Shown here: piece after piece, positions 8,629 to 18,128 of the stretch
How the letters are laid out: each line of letters begins with the position of its first letter
How positions within the stretch are numbered: position 1 is the stretch's first letter
NCBI GenBank assembly: GCA_035508975.1
Contig: DATJMC010000110.1
Coordinates: 2,035-66,034, forward strand
Source: Terracidiphilus sp.
GTDB taxonomy: Bacteria; Acidobacteriota; Terriglobia; Terriglobales; Acidobacteriaceae
Length of the DNA: 64,000 nt
Direction of reading: 5' to 3'
Position numbers and translations under genes: made by a program
Notes under the pieces: generated by a model
Database searches by the model: none
What the model was told of the DNA's origin: nothing
What the model saw: the letters and a program-made list of their open reading frames with translations, nothing else

Positions 8629-8725
8629 GAGTGGTTGCGCCTTGCGCGCATGAACGCGAAATTCGAGGCTAACCGATAACCTCGCCGCCTGTATAGAAGG
8701 TTCAAAACTGCGGGTCCCTCCTCTC

Positions 8726-8752
8726 TCAAGTTGTTTCCCGTCCCTCCGATAA
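8726..8752 (+). promoter_or_regulatory. sigma28 (FliA)-type promoter of the che operon
   Basis: TCAAGTTG-N11-TCCGATAA versus consensus TAAAGTTT-N11-GCCGATAA, about 60 nt upstream of cheA. Confidence 0.6.
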
Positions 8753-8813
8753 GTCTCTTGAGGAATCCCACGACGGTTGGGGCCGCGGGAATCGCCGCGA
8801 TGGGCAAGATGCG

Positions 8814-11075
8814 ATGGACGAATTGACGAGAGAGTTTCTGATCGAGAGTCAGGAAGGGCTGGACAGGATGGAGCGCTGCCTCACGGATCTGGAGGCGCGT
8901 CCTGCCGACGCGGCCCTTCTCGCGGAGATCTTTCGCTCGGTCCATACGATCAAAGGGACAACCGGCTTTCTTGGATTCAAGCGGCTGGAGAAGCTTGCCC
9001 ATGCCGGCGAGAACCTGCTTGGCCTTCTGCGCGACGGCAAGCTGGCGGCAAGCGCTCCTGTCATCACCGGACTGCTTCATCTGCTCGACGGGCTCCGTTC
9101 CATTCTTCGCGTCATTGAAGCCGAGGGCGGCGAAGGCGCGGGTGGGGGTGCCGACCCGGATGCTGAACTGATTCGCAGTCTCGGGATCCTTCAGCTTGCT
9201 GCGAGCGCTGAGGCTCCGGGCGCATCGCTCAAGGCGCCGGCGGCGCGCAAAGCGTCGCCGCGACCGCGGCGCTCGCTCAGGCCGTCCTCTGCGGCGGCGG
9301 AAGCCGGTCCTGCTCCGGCAGCCGCCGTTGCCTGTGTATCCGCTTCTGCGGAGCCTCCAGCGCCAACGCCCGCGGCCCCTGCGGCCGCTGACCCCTCCCA
9401 CTCCGCTGTCGAGAGCACCCTGCGCGTCGACGTCGCCCTGCTCAACCGGATGATGAACCTGGTGGGTGAATTGGTGCTGACACGCAATCAGATCCTGCAG
9501 GCGGCGTCTTCCGATCCCAAGATGACGCTGCTCTCGCGCCGTCTCGACATGGTGACCGCCGACCTGCGCGAGTCGGTCATGAAGGCGCGCATGCAGCCGG
9601 TCTCCAACGTCTTTTCCAAGATGCCGCGCATGGTGCGCGATCTCTCCCAGTCTCTGGACCGGCGGGTGCGGCTGGAGATGGAAGGCCAGGAGACGGAACT
9701 GGACAAGAGCCTTCTCGAGGCGATCAAAGACCCGCTGACGCACGCGGTCCGCAACGCTTTGGATCACGGCATCGAGCCGGCTGCGGTGCGCGCGTCCGCG
9801 GGCAAGAATCCGGAGGGAACGCTGCGCCTTCGCGCCGCGCAGGAGGGCAGTCATGTCGTTATCGAGGTCTCCGATGACGGCGCGGGGATCGACGTCGAAA
9901 GGGTTCGCGCCAAGGCAGTCGAGCGCGGCTTGATCTCGCGGGAGCGCGCCGCTGCTCAATCGGAGCGCGAGCTGCTCCAGCTCATCTTCCTGCCGGGATT
10001 TTCGACGGCTTCCTCGGTGACCAACGTAAGCGGGCGCGGCGTCGGCATGGACGTCGTGCGCACCAACGTGGAGAGAATCGGCGGCAAGGTGGAGATTGAT
10101 TCGCGGGCGGGCAAGGGAACCACGCTGCGCCTGCGCATTCCTCTCACTCTCGCGATTATTCCCGCGCTCATCGTTCGCAGCGTTCAGCAGAGCTTTGCGC
10201 TGCCTCAAGGCGCGCTCTCGGAACTGGTTCAGGTGCCGCCGGAGCAGGCTGGCTCGATGATCGAGTGGATCGAGGATGCGCCCCTTTACCGATTGCGCGG
10301 CAAGCTTCTGCCCCTGGTCTTCCTCGACCACCTGCTGGCTGCGGGAACTTCCCGTCGCCGTGCCGACGATGCGGAGAGCTTTATCGCAGTGCTTGACGCC
10401 GACGGCCGCCGTTTTGGCCTGGTGGTGGACGGGTTGGCGGATCCGGAAGAGATTGTCGTGAAGCCGCTCTCGGCTTCGCTCAAGGGCATCGGTCTCTATT
10501 CGGGGGCAACGGTGCTTGGCAGCGGCGATCTTGCCCTGATTCTCGATCCCGGGGCGATCGCTCTGAAAGCAGGGGTCACCCTGAGCGGCGAAGAGGAGGC
10601 AGCAGCACATGCCGCCGTCGAAACGGCGGAGTGCCTTGGCGGCAGCTCCGCAGAATATCTCCTGGTTGAGGTCGCCGGGCGTCGCGCCGCTGTTCCCCTC
10701 GGCGACGTGCTGCGCATCGAGCAGACCCCGGCCGCGCGCGTGGAATATGTCGGCAGCCAGCCGGTGATCAACTTCGACGGCCGCCTGCTGCCGATCGACG
10801 ATCCGGGAGGCAGGCTGGCGCAGAGCTCTCCCGACGAACAGATCATTGTGGTGGTTTGCCGTGACCGCAGCCGCCACGTCGGGATCGTCGTCTCTCATGT
10901 TCTCGACGTTTCCGGCGGCGCCGAGCTCATCGAAGCTGGAACCAGCGAGCGCACCAGCGGAGTCACGCTGCTGAAAGACTGCGTGACCGGGATCGTACGC
11001 CTGTCTGACATCGCTGTGCTTCCCGGGGCGAACGATGGGGCGCTCTCCGGGCAGTTTCTCGAGGTGCTGCAATGA
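8814..11075 (+). CDS. cheA: Chemotaxis histidine kinase CheA (two CheW-like domains)
   Basis: Hpt IFRSVHTIKG, HAVRNALDHGIE, SDDGAG, FLPGFST, SGRGVGMDVV. Confidence 0.96.
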   Translation: MDELTREFLIESQEGLDRMERCLTDLEARPADAALLAEIFRSVHTIKGTTGFLGFKRLEKLAHAGENLLGLLRDGKLAASAPVITGLLHLLDGLRSILRVIEAEGGEGAGGGADPDAELIRSLGILQLAASAEAPGASLKAPAARKASPRPRRSLRPSSAAAEAGPAPAAAVACVSASAEPPAPTPAAPAAADPSHSAVESTLRVDVALLNRMMNLVGELVLTRNQILQAASSDPKMTLLSRRLDMVTADLRESVMKARMQPVSNVFSKMPRMVRDLSQSLDRRVRLEMEGQETELDKSLLEAIKDPLTHAVRNALDHGIEPAAVRASAGKNPEGTLRLRAAQEGSHVVIEVSDDGAGIDVERVRAKAVERGLISRERAAAQSERELLQLIFLPGFSTASSVTNVSGRGVGMDVVRTNVERIGGKVEIDSRAGKGTTLRLRIPLTLAIIPALIVRSVQQSFALPQGALSELVQVPPEQAGSMIEWIEDAPLYRLRGKLLPLVFLDHLLAAGTSRRRADDAESFIAVLDADGRRFGLVVDGLADPEEIVVKPLSASLKGIGLYSGATVLGSGDLALILDPGAIALKAGVTLSGEEEAAAHAAVETAECLGGSSAEYLLVEVAGRRAAVPLGDVLRIEQTPAARVEYVGSQPVINFDGRLLPIDDPGGRLAQSSPDEQIIVVVCRDRSRHVGIVVSHVLDVSGGAELIEAGTSERTSGVTLLKDCVTGIVRLSDIAVLPGANDGALSGQFLEVLQ

Positions 11076-11557
11076 GCGAGTCGGTGGTCGCCTTCGAAGG
11101 GAAGGAAAAATGCGCGGCGGCTCTGGTCGAAGTCTGCTCGGTGCGCCTCGGCAAAGCTCTCTATGGGATCCCCATTCGCCACATTCTTGAGATTGTGGGA
11201 GGAGCCCGTCCTCAGCCCATTCCGCTGGCGCCGGGATTCGTGGGCGGCCTGGTCCATTACCGGGGTGATGTCCTGACTGCCGTGAGCCTGCGCCACCTGC
11301 TGCATCTGCCTCTGCTTGAAGGGCCGCAGGACATCCTCGTTCTGGAGAGTCCGGCAGGCTGCTACGGCTTGCTGGTGGATGCGGTAGGGGAGGTGCTCAC
11401 GGTTCCCGCCGCCGACTTCGAGCCCAATCCTTCCACTCTCGATGAAACGCGACGCGATCTGATTGCCGGAGCCTACAAGCTTCGCAATACGCTGCTGGTC
11501 ATGCTCGATGCGGAGCGCCTGGACCCGGTCCGGCTGAGCGCAACCGAGGCAGCTTAA
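11072..11557 (+). CDS. cheW: Chemotaxis coupling protein CheW
   Basis: IPLAPGFVGGLVHYRG..GLLVDAVGEV, overlaps the cheA stop. Confidence 0.92.
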   Translation: MSESVVAFEGKEKCAAALVEVCSVRLGKALYGIPIRHILEIVGGARPQPIPLAPGFVGGLVHYRGDVLTAVSLRHLLHLPLLEGPQDILVLESPAGCYGLLVDAVGEVLTVPAADFEPNPSTLDETRRDLIAGAYKLRNTLLVMLDAERLDPVRLSATEAA

Positions 11558-11573
11558 CCGTGCGGGGTGAGCT

Positions 11574-11942
11574 ATGCGTGCCTTGATCGTGGATGACTCG
11601 CGTTTCGTTCGCAACTTTGTGCGCGGACTTCTGGAGGAGAGGGGATTTGAGTGTCGGGAGGCCGACGACGGGAACTCCGGCATGGTGCGCATCGAGAAAG
11701 ACGGGCCCTTCGATCTGGCCCTCATTGACTGGAATATGCCCAACATGGATGGGCTCGAGATGCTGCAGCAGATGCGTGCCCGCGGATTCGCGCAGACCAA
11801 GGTCATGATGGTCACGACGGAGGCCGAAAATGAATCGATTGTGCGCGCCCTCGATGCCGGGGCCGATGAATATCTGATGAAGCCATTTGACCGGGAAGCG
11901 CTTGGGGAGAAGCTCGCCATCCTCGGCCTGGCGGAGTTTTAG
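11574..11942 (+). CDS. cheY: Chemotaxis response regulator CheY
   Basis: Stand-alone receiver: VDD, DWNMPNMDG, MVTT, KPF. Confidence 0.88.
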   Translation: MRALIVDDSRFVRNFVRGLLEERGFECREADDGNSGMVRIEKDGPFDLALIDWNMPNMDGLEMLQQMRARGFAQTKVMMVTTEAENESIVRALDAGADEYLMKPFDREALGEKLAILGLAEF

Positions 11943-11945
11943 GGC

Positions 11946-13067
11946 ATGGCACCGGAACGGCGCAAGCGCATCCTCACGGTCGACGACTCAGCGGTCATGC
12001 GCAGCCTGTTGCGCTCGGTGCTCGAGCCGGCTTTCGAAGTGGTCGGCAACGCGGCAGATGGGGAGAGCGCGCTCGCGGCCGTCGAGGCGCTGCGTCCCGA
12101 TCTGGTGGTGCTTGACGTGGAGATGCCGGTCATGGATGGTCTCGCGACGCTGCGCAAGCTTCGCAGCCTTGGTCATCGCCTGCCGGTGATTATGTGCAGC
12201 TCTCTTACGCGGCGAGGCGCGCGTGTCACCATCGAGGCCCTGGCATCGGGAGCGTCCGACTATGTTGCCAAGCCGGAGAGCCAATCCGGCCCGGCCGCGG
12301 CAAGGAGAGCGCTGGCCAGCGAGCTTCTGCCCAAGATCAGGGCGCTCACGGTTCCCGCGCAGCCCGTTTCTTCGCGCGCCTTGCGATCTTTGCCGCCTGC
12401 CGCAGAAATGGTCGCACCTGCAACTGCCGAATCGATCTCTTCGGCTCCCTCGGTGGTCGTGGTGGGCGTTTCCACCGGAGGTCCTGCGGCTCTCGATCTG
12501 CTGCTGCCGTCGTTCCCTCGGGATTTTCCTCTTCCTATTCTCGTGGTGCAGCACATGCCCGAACTGTTCACGCGGCTGCTTGCCGAGCGGCTCTCGCCGC
12601 GGTGCCTGATTCCGGTGAAGGAAGCTTTCGAGGGCGCGCCGGTTCGCCCCGGATGCATTGCGATTGCCCGCGGGAACTGGCACCTTGAAACCCGGAGTGC
12701 CGGGGGCGCAGGCCAGCCGCCCGTGCTCCACCTGACCCAGAATCCGCCGGAGAATCACTGCCGTCCCGCGGTCGATGTTCTCTTCCGTTCCGCCGCGGCG
12801 GTGTATGGGGCGGGCGTTCTTGCCGTGGTTCTTACCGGGATGGGTTCCGACGGACTGGACGGTGCGCAGCTCATTCGCGCGCAGGGCGGCACGGTACTGG
12901 CGCAGGACCAGGCGACGAGCGTGATCTGGGGGATGCCCGGAGCCGTGGTTCGCGCGGGGCTCGCGCAACGGGTTCTTCCCATCCAGGGCATCGTGCCGGA
13001 GATTCTGCGTCTCGTGAGCCGCGCGCGTGTCGAACACAAGCCGATGAGTGCGGCGGTGATGCTGTGA
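11946..13067 (+). CDS. cheB: Protein-glutamate methylesterase CheB
   Basis: Receiver domain plus GVSTGGP, QHMP, LTGMGSDG triad motifs. Confidence 0.95.
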   Translation: MAPERRKRILTVDDSAVMRSLLRSVLEPAFEVVGNAADGESALAAVEALRPDLVVLDVEMPVMDGLATLRKLRSLGHRLPVIMCSSLTRRGARVTIEALASGASDYVAKPESQSGPAAARRALASELLPKIRALTVPAQPVSSRALRSLPPAAEMVAPATAESISSAPSVVVVGVSTGGPAALDLLLPSFPRDFPLPILVVQHMPELFTRLLAERLSPRCLIPVKEAFEGAPVRPGCIAIARGNWHLETRSAGGAGQPPVLHLTQNPPENHCRPAVDVLFRSAAAVYGAGVLAVVLTGMGSDGLDGAQLIRAQGGTVLAQDQATSVIWGMPGAVVRAGLAQRVLPIQGIVPEILRLVSRARVEHKPMSAAVML

Positions 13068-13897
13068 CCGCGGCCTCGGAGGCAATCGACTTCGGCTTCC
13101 TGCGCCAGCTTGTCTTTCGCCTGTCGCGCAATGTGCTGGATCCTTCGCGCGATTACCTCTTTGAAACCCGTCTCTCTCGCCTGCTGCGCAATCATGGCAT
13201 GACGCATCTGGAGGAACTGGTCGAATACCTGCGGCTGCGCAAGAATCCATCCCTCGAACGCGCCATCGCCGAAGCGATGACCATCAACGAAACAAGCTTC
13301 TTTCGCGATGGCCGGCCCTTCGAGCTCCTGCGCACCGAATTGCTGCCGAAGCTGATCGAAGCGCGTCACCTGACGCGCAAGCTGCGCTTCTGGAGCGCGG
13401 CCTGTTCAACCGGCCAGGAAGCGTATTCGCTTGCCATGCTTCTGCGTGAATCGTTCCCGTCCCTGGTCGCGTGGAATCTGCGCGTCGAGGGCACGGATTT
13501 TGCAGCAGAAGTCGTTGAACGCGCTCGCCATGCTCTCTATCACCGCATCGAGATGAATCGCGGGCTGCCGGCGCGGTATGTTGTACGTTACTTCGATCGT
13601 GTCGGAGAGGACTGGATGGCCAAGCCCGAGATCCGCCAGCTCTGCGACTTCCGTCAAGCCAACCTTTCCCAGAAGCCGCTCCCTTTTCACGAGCGATTCG
13701 ACGTCATCTTTCTTCGCAACGTGATGCTCTACTTCTCCCATGAGACGCGGCTGGAACTGATGGCCGGCATTCATCAGTTACTTGCTCCCGACGGAGTGCT
13801 CTTTCTCGGCTCGGCAGAACAGCCTGCGGACTCATCGCTCTGGACAGCCGTTCTTGCCGGCGGCACGTGTCATTTTCGCCCGCGCAACTCGCTGTAA
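13064..13897 (+). CDS. cheR: Protein-glutamate methyltransferase CheR
   Basis: TINETSFFRD, WSAACSTGQEAYS, FLRNVMLYF. Confidence 0.95.
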   Translation: MTAASEAIDFGFLRQLVFRLSRNVLDPSRDYLFETRLSRLLRNHGMTHLEELVEYLRLRKNPSLERAIAEAMTINETSFFRDGRPFELLRTELLPKLIEARHLTRKLRFWSAACSTGQEAYSLAMLLRESFPSLVAWNLRVEGTDFAAEVVERARHALYHRIEMNRGLPARYVVRYFDRVGEDWMAKPEIRQLCDFRQANLSQKPLPFHERFDVIFLRNVMLYFSHETRLELMAGIHQLLAPDGVLFLGSAEQPADSSLWTAVLAGGTCHFRPRNSL

Positions 13898-14082
13898 ACG
13901 CGCCTGATGTGCCCAAAGTAACGCTCTTGTGACGCGCGGCATGCGCGCTTTCCGCTACAAAAGTGGGATTGACAGGAGTATGATCCAGCAATGGATAAGT
14001 CGTATCTCGGCCTTTTCCCCTCTCCCGGGGCCAGATCGACTTCGTTTTGCGGGTCCCGGTAACCCAGTCGGGGAGTTCCTGA

Positions 14083-15189
14083 ATGACTCTTGCAAGTAGC
14101 TCAGTACAAAAACATTTGCCGCCCGATCGCAGACGGAGCGAACGGCGCGCTTCACCCGATCTCGCTGCGTACCACTGGGTCGGCGCACTCGCCAAGCAGG
14201 CTCCTGTCCGCGATATCAGCTCGACGGGCGTTTACCTGCTGACGCAGGAGCGCTGGGCGCCGGGTGACACCGTTTCGTTGACTCTTCAGCGCAAAGGACC
14301 TCCGGAGGGAAACTTTGATCGCCGTGTTGTAGTGCAGGCTAAGGCAGTTCGAACCGGCGAGGACGGCATTGCCATGTCGTTCGTGTTGCCCGCGGGCATG
14401 GACCTCCGACTCTGGGAGAGCCCGCTCAAGAGCGCAGCCGAGCAGACCGCGCCGGAAGATATTCTCCGTGAGTTTCGCATGGCCGGCGCGCTTGCGTTTC
14501 TGCGTTCCATCTCTCCCACCGCCATCGACGATGTCGAGCGGCTGCTTCGCGAAGGGCTGAGCAACTTCCGCGTGGCCAGCGCAATGGAAATTGCGCTCAC
14601 AGCCGAGCGGATTCTTTCCTTTGGTCCGGTCCCGGAACGAATGCGTGCTCCCGCGTCCATCGTTCTGCGCATCCTCGAAGAGGGTTCGTGGGCGGACGCA
14701 GAGGCGACTCAGCACTTGTGGGCAGGACTGCTGGCCACATCGTGTTCGCTTTCCGGCACTGACGAGTCCAATCTCATCTTCGTCAACTTGCTCTGCCAGC
14801 TCACGTCTACGCACGTTCGCCTTCTGACTGCGGCATGTGCCAAGGCAACCAAGTTTGTGGCCGGTGTCGAGCGGATCTCTTCACGCCCGATCACCCTGAC
14901 CGCTCGCGACATGCTGCACATCACGGGATCGCGCGACCTGATCCGTATTCATCGCGATCTTGAGTATTTGTCGGATGTCGGTTTGCTGACGGCCGTGGTG
15001 AAAACCCAATCGTTTTCGCCGATCGAAGGGACTCAGATTGCACCGACAAGCCTCGGCATGCAACTCTTTGCGCGCTGCAACGGCTATCGGGGAGCGACGC
15101 AAGAGCCCCTCGATGTTCCTTCGTCACCCCTGTCGAACGGCACCCCAAAGCAGGAAGTTTTTGTGCCCGATGGCGCGCCGCGACACTAA
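14083..15189 (+). CDS. PilZ domain protein with C-terminal Abi-alpha/DUF4393-like region
   Basis: RSERR and DISSTG c-di-GMP motifs. C-terminal LWAGLLATS..FVNLLCQLT..RDLEYLSDVGLL..PTSLG. Paralog at 62114. Confidence 0.7.
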   Translation: MTLASSSVQKHLPPDRRRSERRASPDLAAYHWVGALAKQAPVRDISSTGVYLLTQERWAPGDTVSLTLQRKGPPEGNFDRRVVVQAKAVRTGEDGIAMSFVLPAGMDLRLWESPLKSAAEQTAPEDILREFRMAGALAFLRSISPTAIDDVERLLREGLSNFRVASAMEIALTAERILSFGPVPERMRAPASIVLRILEEGSWADAEATQHLWAGLLATSCSLSGTDESNLIFVNLLCQLTSTHVRLLTAACAKATKFVAGVERISSRPITLTARDMLHITGSRDLIRIHRDLEYLSDVGLLTAVVKTQSFSPIEGTQIAPTSLGMQLFARCNGYRGATQEPLDVPSSPLSNGTPKQEVFVPDGAPRH

Positions 15190-15240
15190 GCGGGAGCTTT
15201 CGGCAAAGCCGAAATTAACCTGATCTGATCATCGATCGAT

Positions 15241-15273
15241 GCGGCCATCACCAGAGATGGCCGTTTTGCTTTT
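15241..15273 (+). terminator. Rho-independent terminator
   Basis: GCGGCCATC-accaga-GATGGCCGT followed by TTTGCTTTT. Confidence 0.7.
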
Positions 15274-15302
15274 GTGCCCCACCTGGACCGAACCGGCCTC
15301 GG

Positions 15303-18029
15303 CTACTCGGCATTCAGCAGCTTCTCCACCGCGGCGTGAAGCATGGACGTGATCTCGGCCTCGCTCTGCGTGGCAGCGAATCGCATGGGCTTGCCCACGC
15401 GAATCTCGATCTTGCCGGACCGGAACCAGCCGCGCCCCTGGACCTTGAGCGCACCCAGACCGCGGATTGCCGCAGGCACAACCGCTGTCTGCGCCTGCTT
15501 TACCAGCAGCCCGATTCCCGGCCGGAAAGGCGCGAGCTGGCCGGCGGCCGACCGAGTGCCCTCGGGAAAGATCATCACGTTCATGCCGCGATCGAGGGCC
15601 TCGCCCGCATGCGCGAAGCTTCGTTGAAAATCTTTCGCGCGCGGCAACGGAAACACGTTGTAGAACGCCGTCACCAGAAGATAGGCGACGGGGCCGAAGA
15701 GCAGGAAACCCTTCCCATCCGGGTCGCGGAAGTGGCGGAAGTCTTCGAGCATCTCCCCCGACATGGCGATCGCCATGCGGCGGCGCATCTTGCCGGGCAG
15801 TGCGTACTCGATCAGCGGGCCATCGTAGGCTGTTATGTGATTGCCGATCACGAGGACGGGCTCATCGAGGTTGAGCGCGCCGGCTCGCGTGACGCGCGGC
15901 TTTGCAAGGAACCGGGTGAGGGGCCGCGCGATCAGTTCGAGAAAGACTGTGCGCACGAGCGAAATCGGCCAACTCCACGGCCAGTGAGGATAGAGATAGT
16001 TGCGCTTTGCCGCCGAAGACCCGCTGCCGGCAGCGCCCGCGGGTGGAATATCGATCGGAGCCGACGGTTCAGGAGGGCGTTGGTCTTGCAGCTTCTCGCC
16101 GGCCTGACCGCGGGTCGCGATTCCTGCGCGTTGGATCCAACTTTGCGACGCACGTTCCGCCGGTTTTGCCGTTGCTCCGTTGATCGAAGCTCCGTTGACA
16201 AAATGGCGCAACTCTCCAAGGGTCTGAACCGAATCCAACGAGTGCTCCGCCGACAGCTCTCCCAAGCGTTCTTCGAGCGCCGCAGTCAGTTGCACGCGCC
16301 CGAGGCTGTCCAGGTGGAAGTCGTCGTTCAGCCGCAACTCGTCGCCTCCGGCGGGACGTTCCCCCGCAACTTCGGAGACAAGCGTTCGCAGCCAGTCGCC
16401 TCGCTCTGAAGCTGAGGGCTTCTGCGGCTTTCCGTTTCTCGGTCCGTGAGACGCAGCCCACAGGGCCACAGCTTTTCTGCGCACTTTCCCGGTCGAGGTT
16501 CGGGGAAGATCGGGCTCTGGCCACACCACCCACCTGCGCACCCGTTGAAACTCCGCGAGCCGCGTGTTCGCAGCGTCGATCGCGGCCTGCGCCTGGGCTT
16601 CGCTTCCGCGTACGGCGAGCACCGCATAGGGTTCAGGACCGTTGGGCGTTTCCAGGGAAACAACCGCGCAGCCCTTCACGCCGGGTTCCTGCTCGATCGC
16701 CTCTTCCAGATCCTCGGGATGGACGTTCACCCCGGCCGCCGTCACGATCACTTCGCTCTTGCGCCCCAGGAAGCGCAGTTCGCCGGTTTCAGTCTTCTCC
16801 GCAAGATCGCCCGTGGCCAGCCACTCGTCCTCGGCATGCCGCAGTTGTCCGCCGGTCCAGGTCGCGTCAGAAATCATCGGCCCCCGCACCAGAACTTCGC
16901 CGTCGGGCCCGAGTTTCACCTCGCGCCCCGGCAATGGCTTTCCGATCGTCCCCCGCGCGACATGAAACGGATGGTTCAGCGTGATCAGCGCCGTGGTTTC
17001 CGTCATGCCGTAGCCTTGGACCACCACAAACCCGAGTGCGTTCCAGAACTGCTCGAGCGGACCGGGCAAAGCGCCGCCGCCCGAAATCAACGCCCAGAAC
17101 TTAAGACCCAATGCACGGTGTACGTCCCGGAATCTCCACCATCGCATCCATGGCGACAGATTGCGCGCAGCAGCCACGCGCTGTTTCAATCCGGGATGCG
17201 ATGCTTCAAGGTGCGTCTTCAACAAAGCCATCACGCGCGGCACCGAGGCCAGCACGCTGATTCGCTCCCGTTCGATCGTCTCCGCGAGACGGGGCGCAAC
17301 CAGTCGATTGTCGAAGTGCACTTCGGCGGCAATGATCGCGGGCACCCAGAGCCCCATCGTCTGCCCGAAGACGTGACTCAGAGGCAGCGTATGGAGAATG
17401 CGCAGGGGATGGAAGATTCGCTCGTAGCGCATGTACGGCTTCGCGCCTTGCTCAATCGGCGCCACGCTGGCCAGCACGTTGCCATGCGTGTGCACAATGC
17501 CTTTGGGCTCGCCGGTTGTGCCCGAGGTGAAGAGAATCTGCAGCGGTGTGTCGTGGTTGAGGCAGGCGATCGGGCCCGCTTCTCGCTCGGGAAGCGAACT
17601 CGCCCACTCCTCAAACGCCAGCTGTGGGCAGGCCTGCTCTTCGATCGCGGATTCCTGATCCCTGATCCCTGATTTTTCCAGTTTGCTCAGCAGGCTCGCA
17701 TCACCGACGACCAGCTTCGGCCTTACGTCGTCAACCACGCGCGCGGCGAACTCCGGGGTGCCATACGCATCCAGCGGAACCGCCAGTACGCCACGCAGCA
17801 TCATGCCGTAAAACGCCGCGATCCACTCGGCCCCATTTTCGGCCCAGAGAACGACCCGATCCCCCGTCCCGATTCCGCGCTGCTCGAGCAAGGCGGCAAA
17901 TCGGCCGGCGAGCCGCGCCAACTCGCCATATGTGGTCTCGCGCCGCCGCACTCCTTGGAAACGGACCACCGCCAGATCCCGATCGAAGCGTCGGAAGTCA
18001 TCCAGTAGTGTGGCCAGATTTGCGCGCAT
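15303..18029 (-). CDS. Acyl-CoA/acyl-ACP synthetase + ACP + PlsC-type acyltransferase fusion (Aas-like)
   Basis: FTSGTTGEPKG and YGMTE (adenylation), LDSLG (phosphopantetheine site), NHITAYD and FPEGTRS (acyltransferase). Confidence 0.88.
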   Translation of the reverse strand: MRANLATLLDDFRRFDRDLAVVRFQGVRRRETTYGELARLAGRFAALLEQRGIGTGDRVVLWAENGAEWIAAFYGMMLRGVLAVPLDAYGTPEFAARVVDDVRPKLVVGDASLLSKLEKSGIRDQESAIEEQACPQLAFEEWASSLPEREAGPIACLNHDTPLQILFTSGTTGEPKGIVHTHGNVLASVAPIEQGAKPYMRYERIFHPLRILHTLPLSHVFGQTMGLWVPAIIAAEVHFDNRLVAPRLAETIERERISVLASVPRVMALLKTHLEASHPGLKQRVAAARNLSPWMRWWRFRDVHRALGLKFWALISGGGALPGPLEQFWNALGFVVVQGYGMTETTALITLNHPFHVARGTIGKPLPGREVKLGPDGEVLVRGPMISDATWTGGQLRHAEDEWLATGDLAEKTETGELRFLGRKSEVIVTAAGVNVHPEDLEEAIEQEPGVKGCAVVSLETPNGPEPYAVLAVRGSEAQAQAAIDAANTRLAEFQRVRRWVVWPEPDLPRTSTGKVRRKAVALWAASHGPRNGKPQKPSASERGDWLRTLVSEVAGERPAGGDELRLNDDFHLDSLGRVQLTAALEERLGELSAEHSLDSVQTLGELRHFVNGASINGATAKPAERASQSWIQRAGIATRGQAGEKLQDQRPPEPSAPIDIPPAGAAGSGSSAAKRNYLYPHWPWSWPISLVRTVFLELIARPLTRFLAKPRVTRAGALNLDEPVLVIGNHITAYDGPLIEYALPGKMRRRMAIAMSGEMLEDFRHFRDPDGKGFLLFGPVAYLLVTAFYNVFPLPRAKDFQRSFAHAGEALDRGMNVMIFPEGTRSAAGQLAPFRPGIGLLVKQAQTAVVPAAIRGLGALKVQGRGWFRSGKIEIRVGKPMRFAATQSEAEITSMLHAAVEKLLNAE
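17654..17674. repeat. 3 x heptamer (CCTGATC) tandem repeat inside CDS
   Basis: cctgatc-cctgatc-cctgatt = 21 nt, frame-preserving, within the KSGIRDQE segment. Confidence 0.75.
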
Positions 18030-18128
18030 GCTCTTCCCGGCTCCCGTATCGTAACAGTGCTTTCCGGATCACTTCGGTGAAGCGTTATGCTGTGAAGAGA
18101 CCCGAGCCCGAAGAACAACTGATCGTGG

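Noticed and set aside
8625-11072. 815-aa antisense ORF
   Set aside because: Shadow of cheA caused by GC-rich codon bias, with no motifs.
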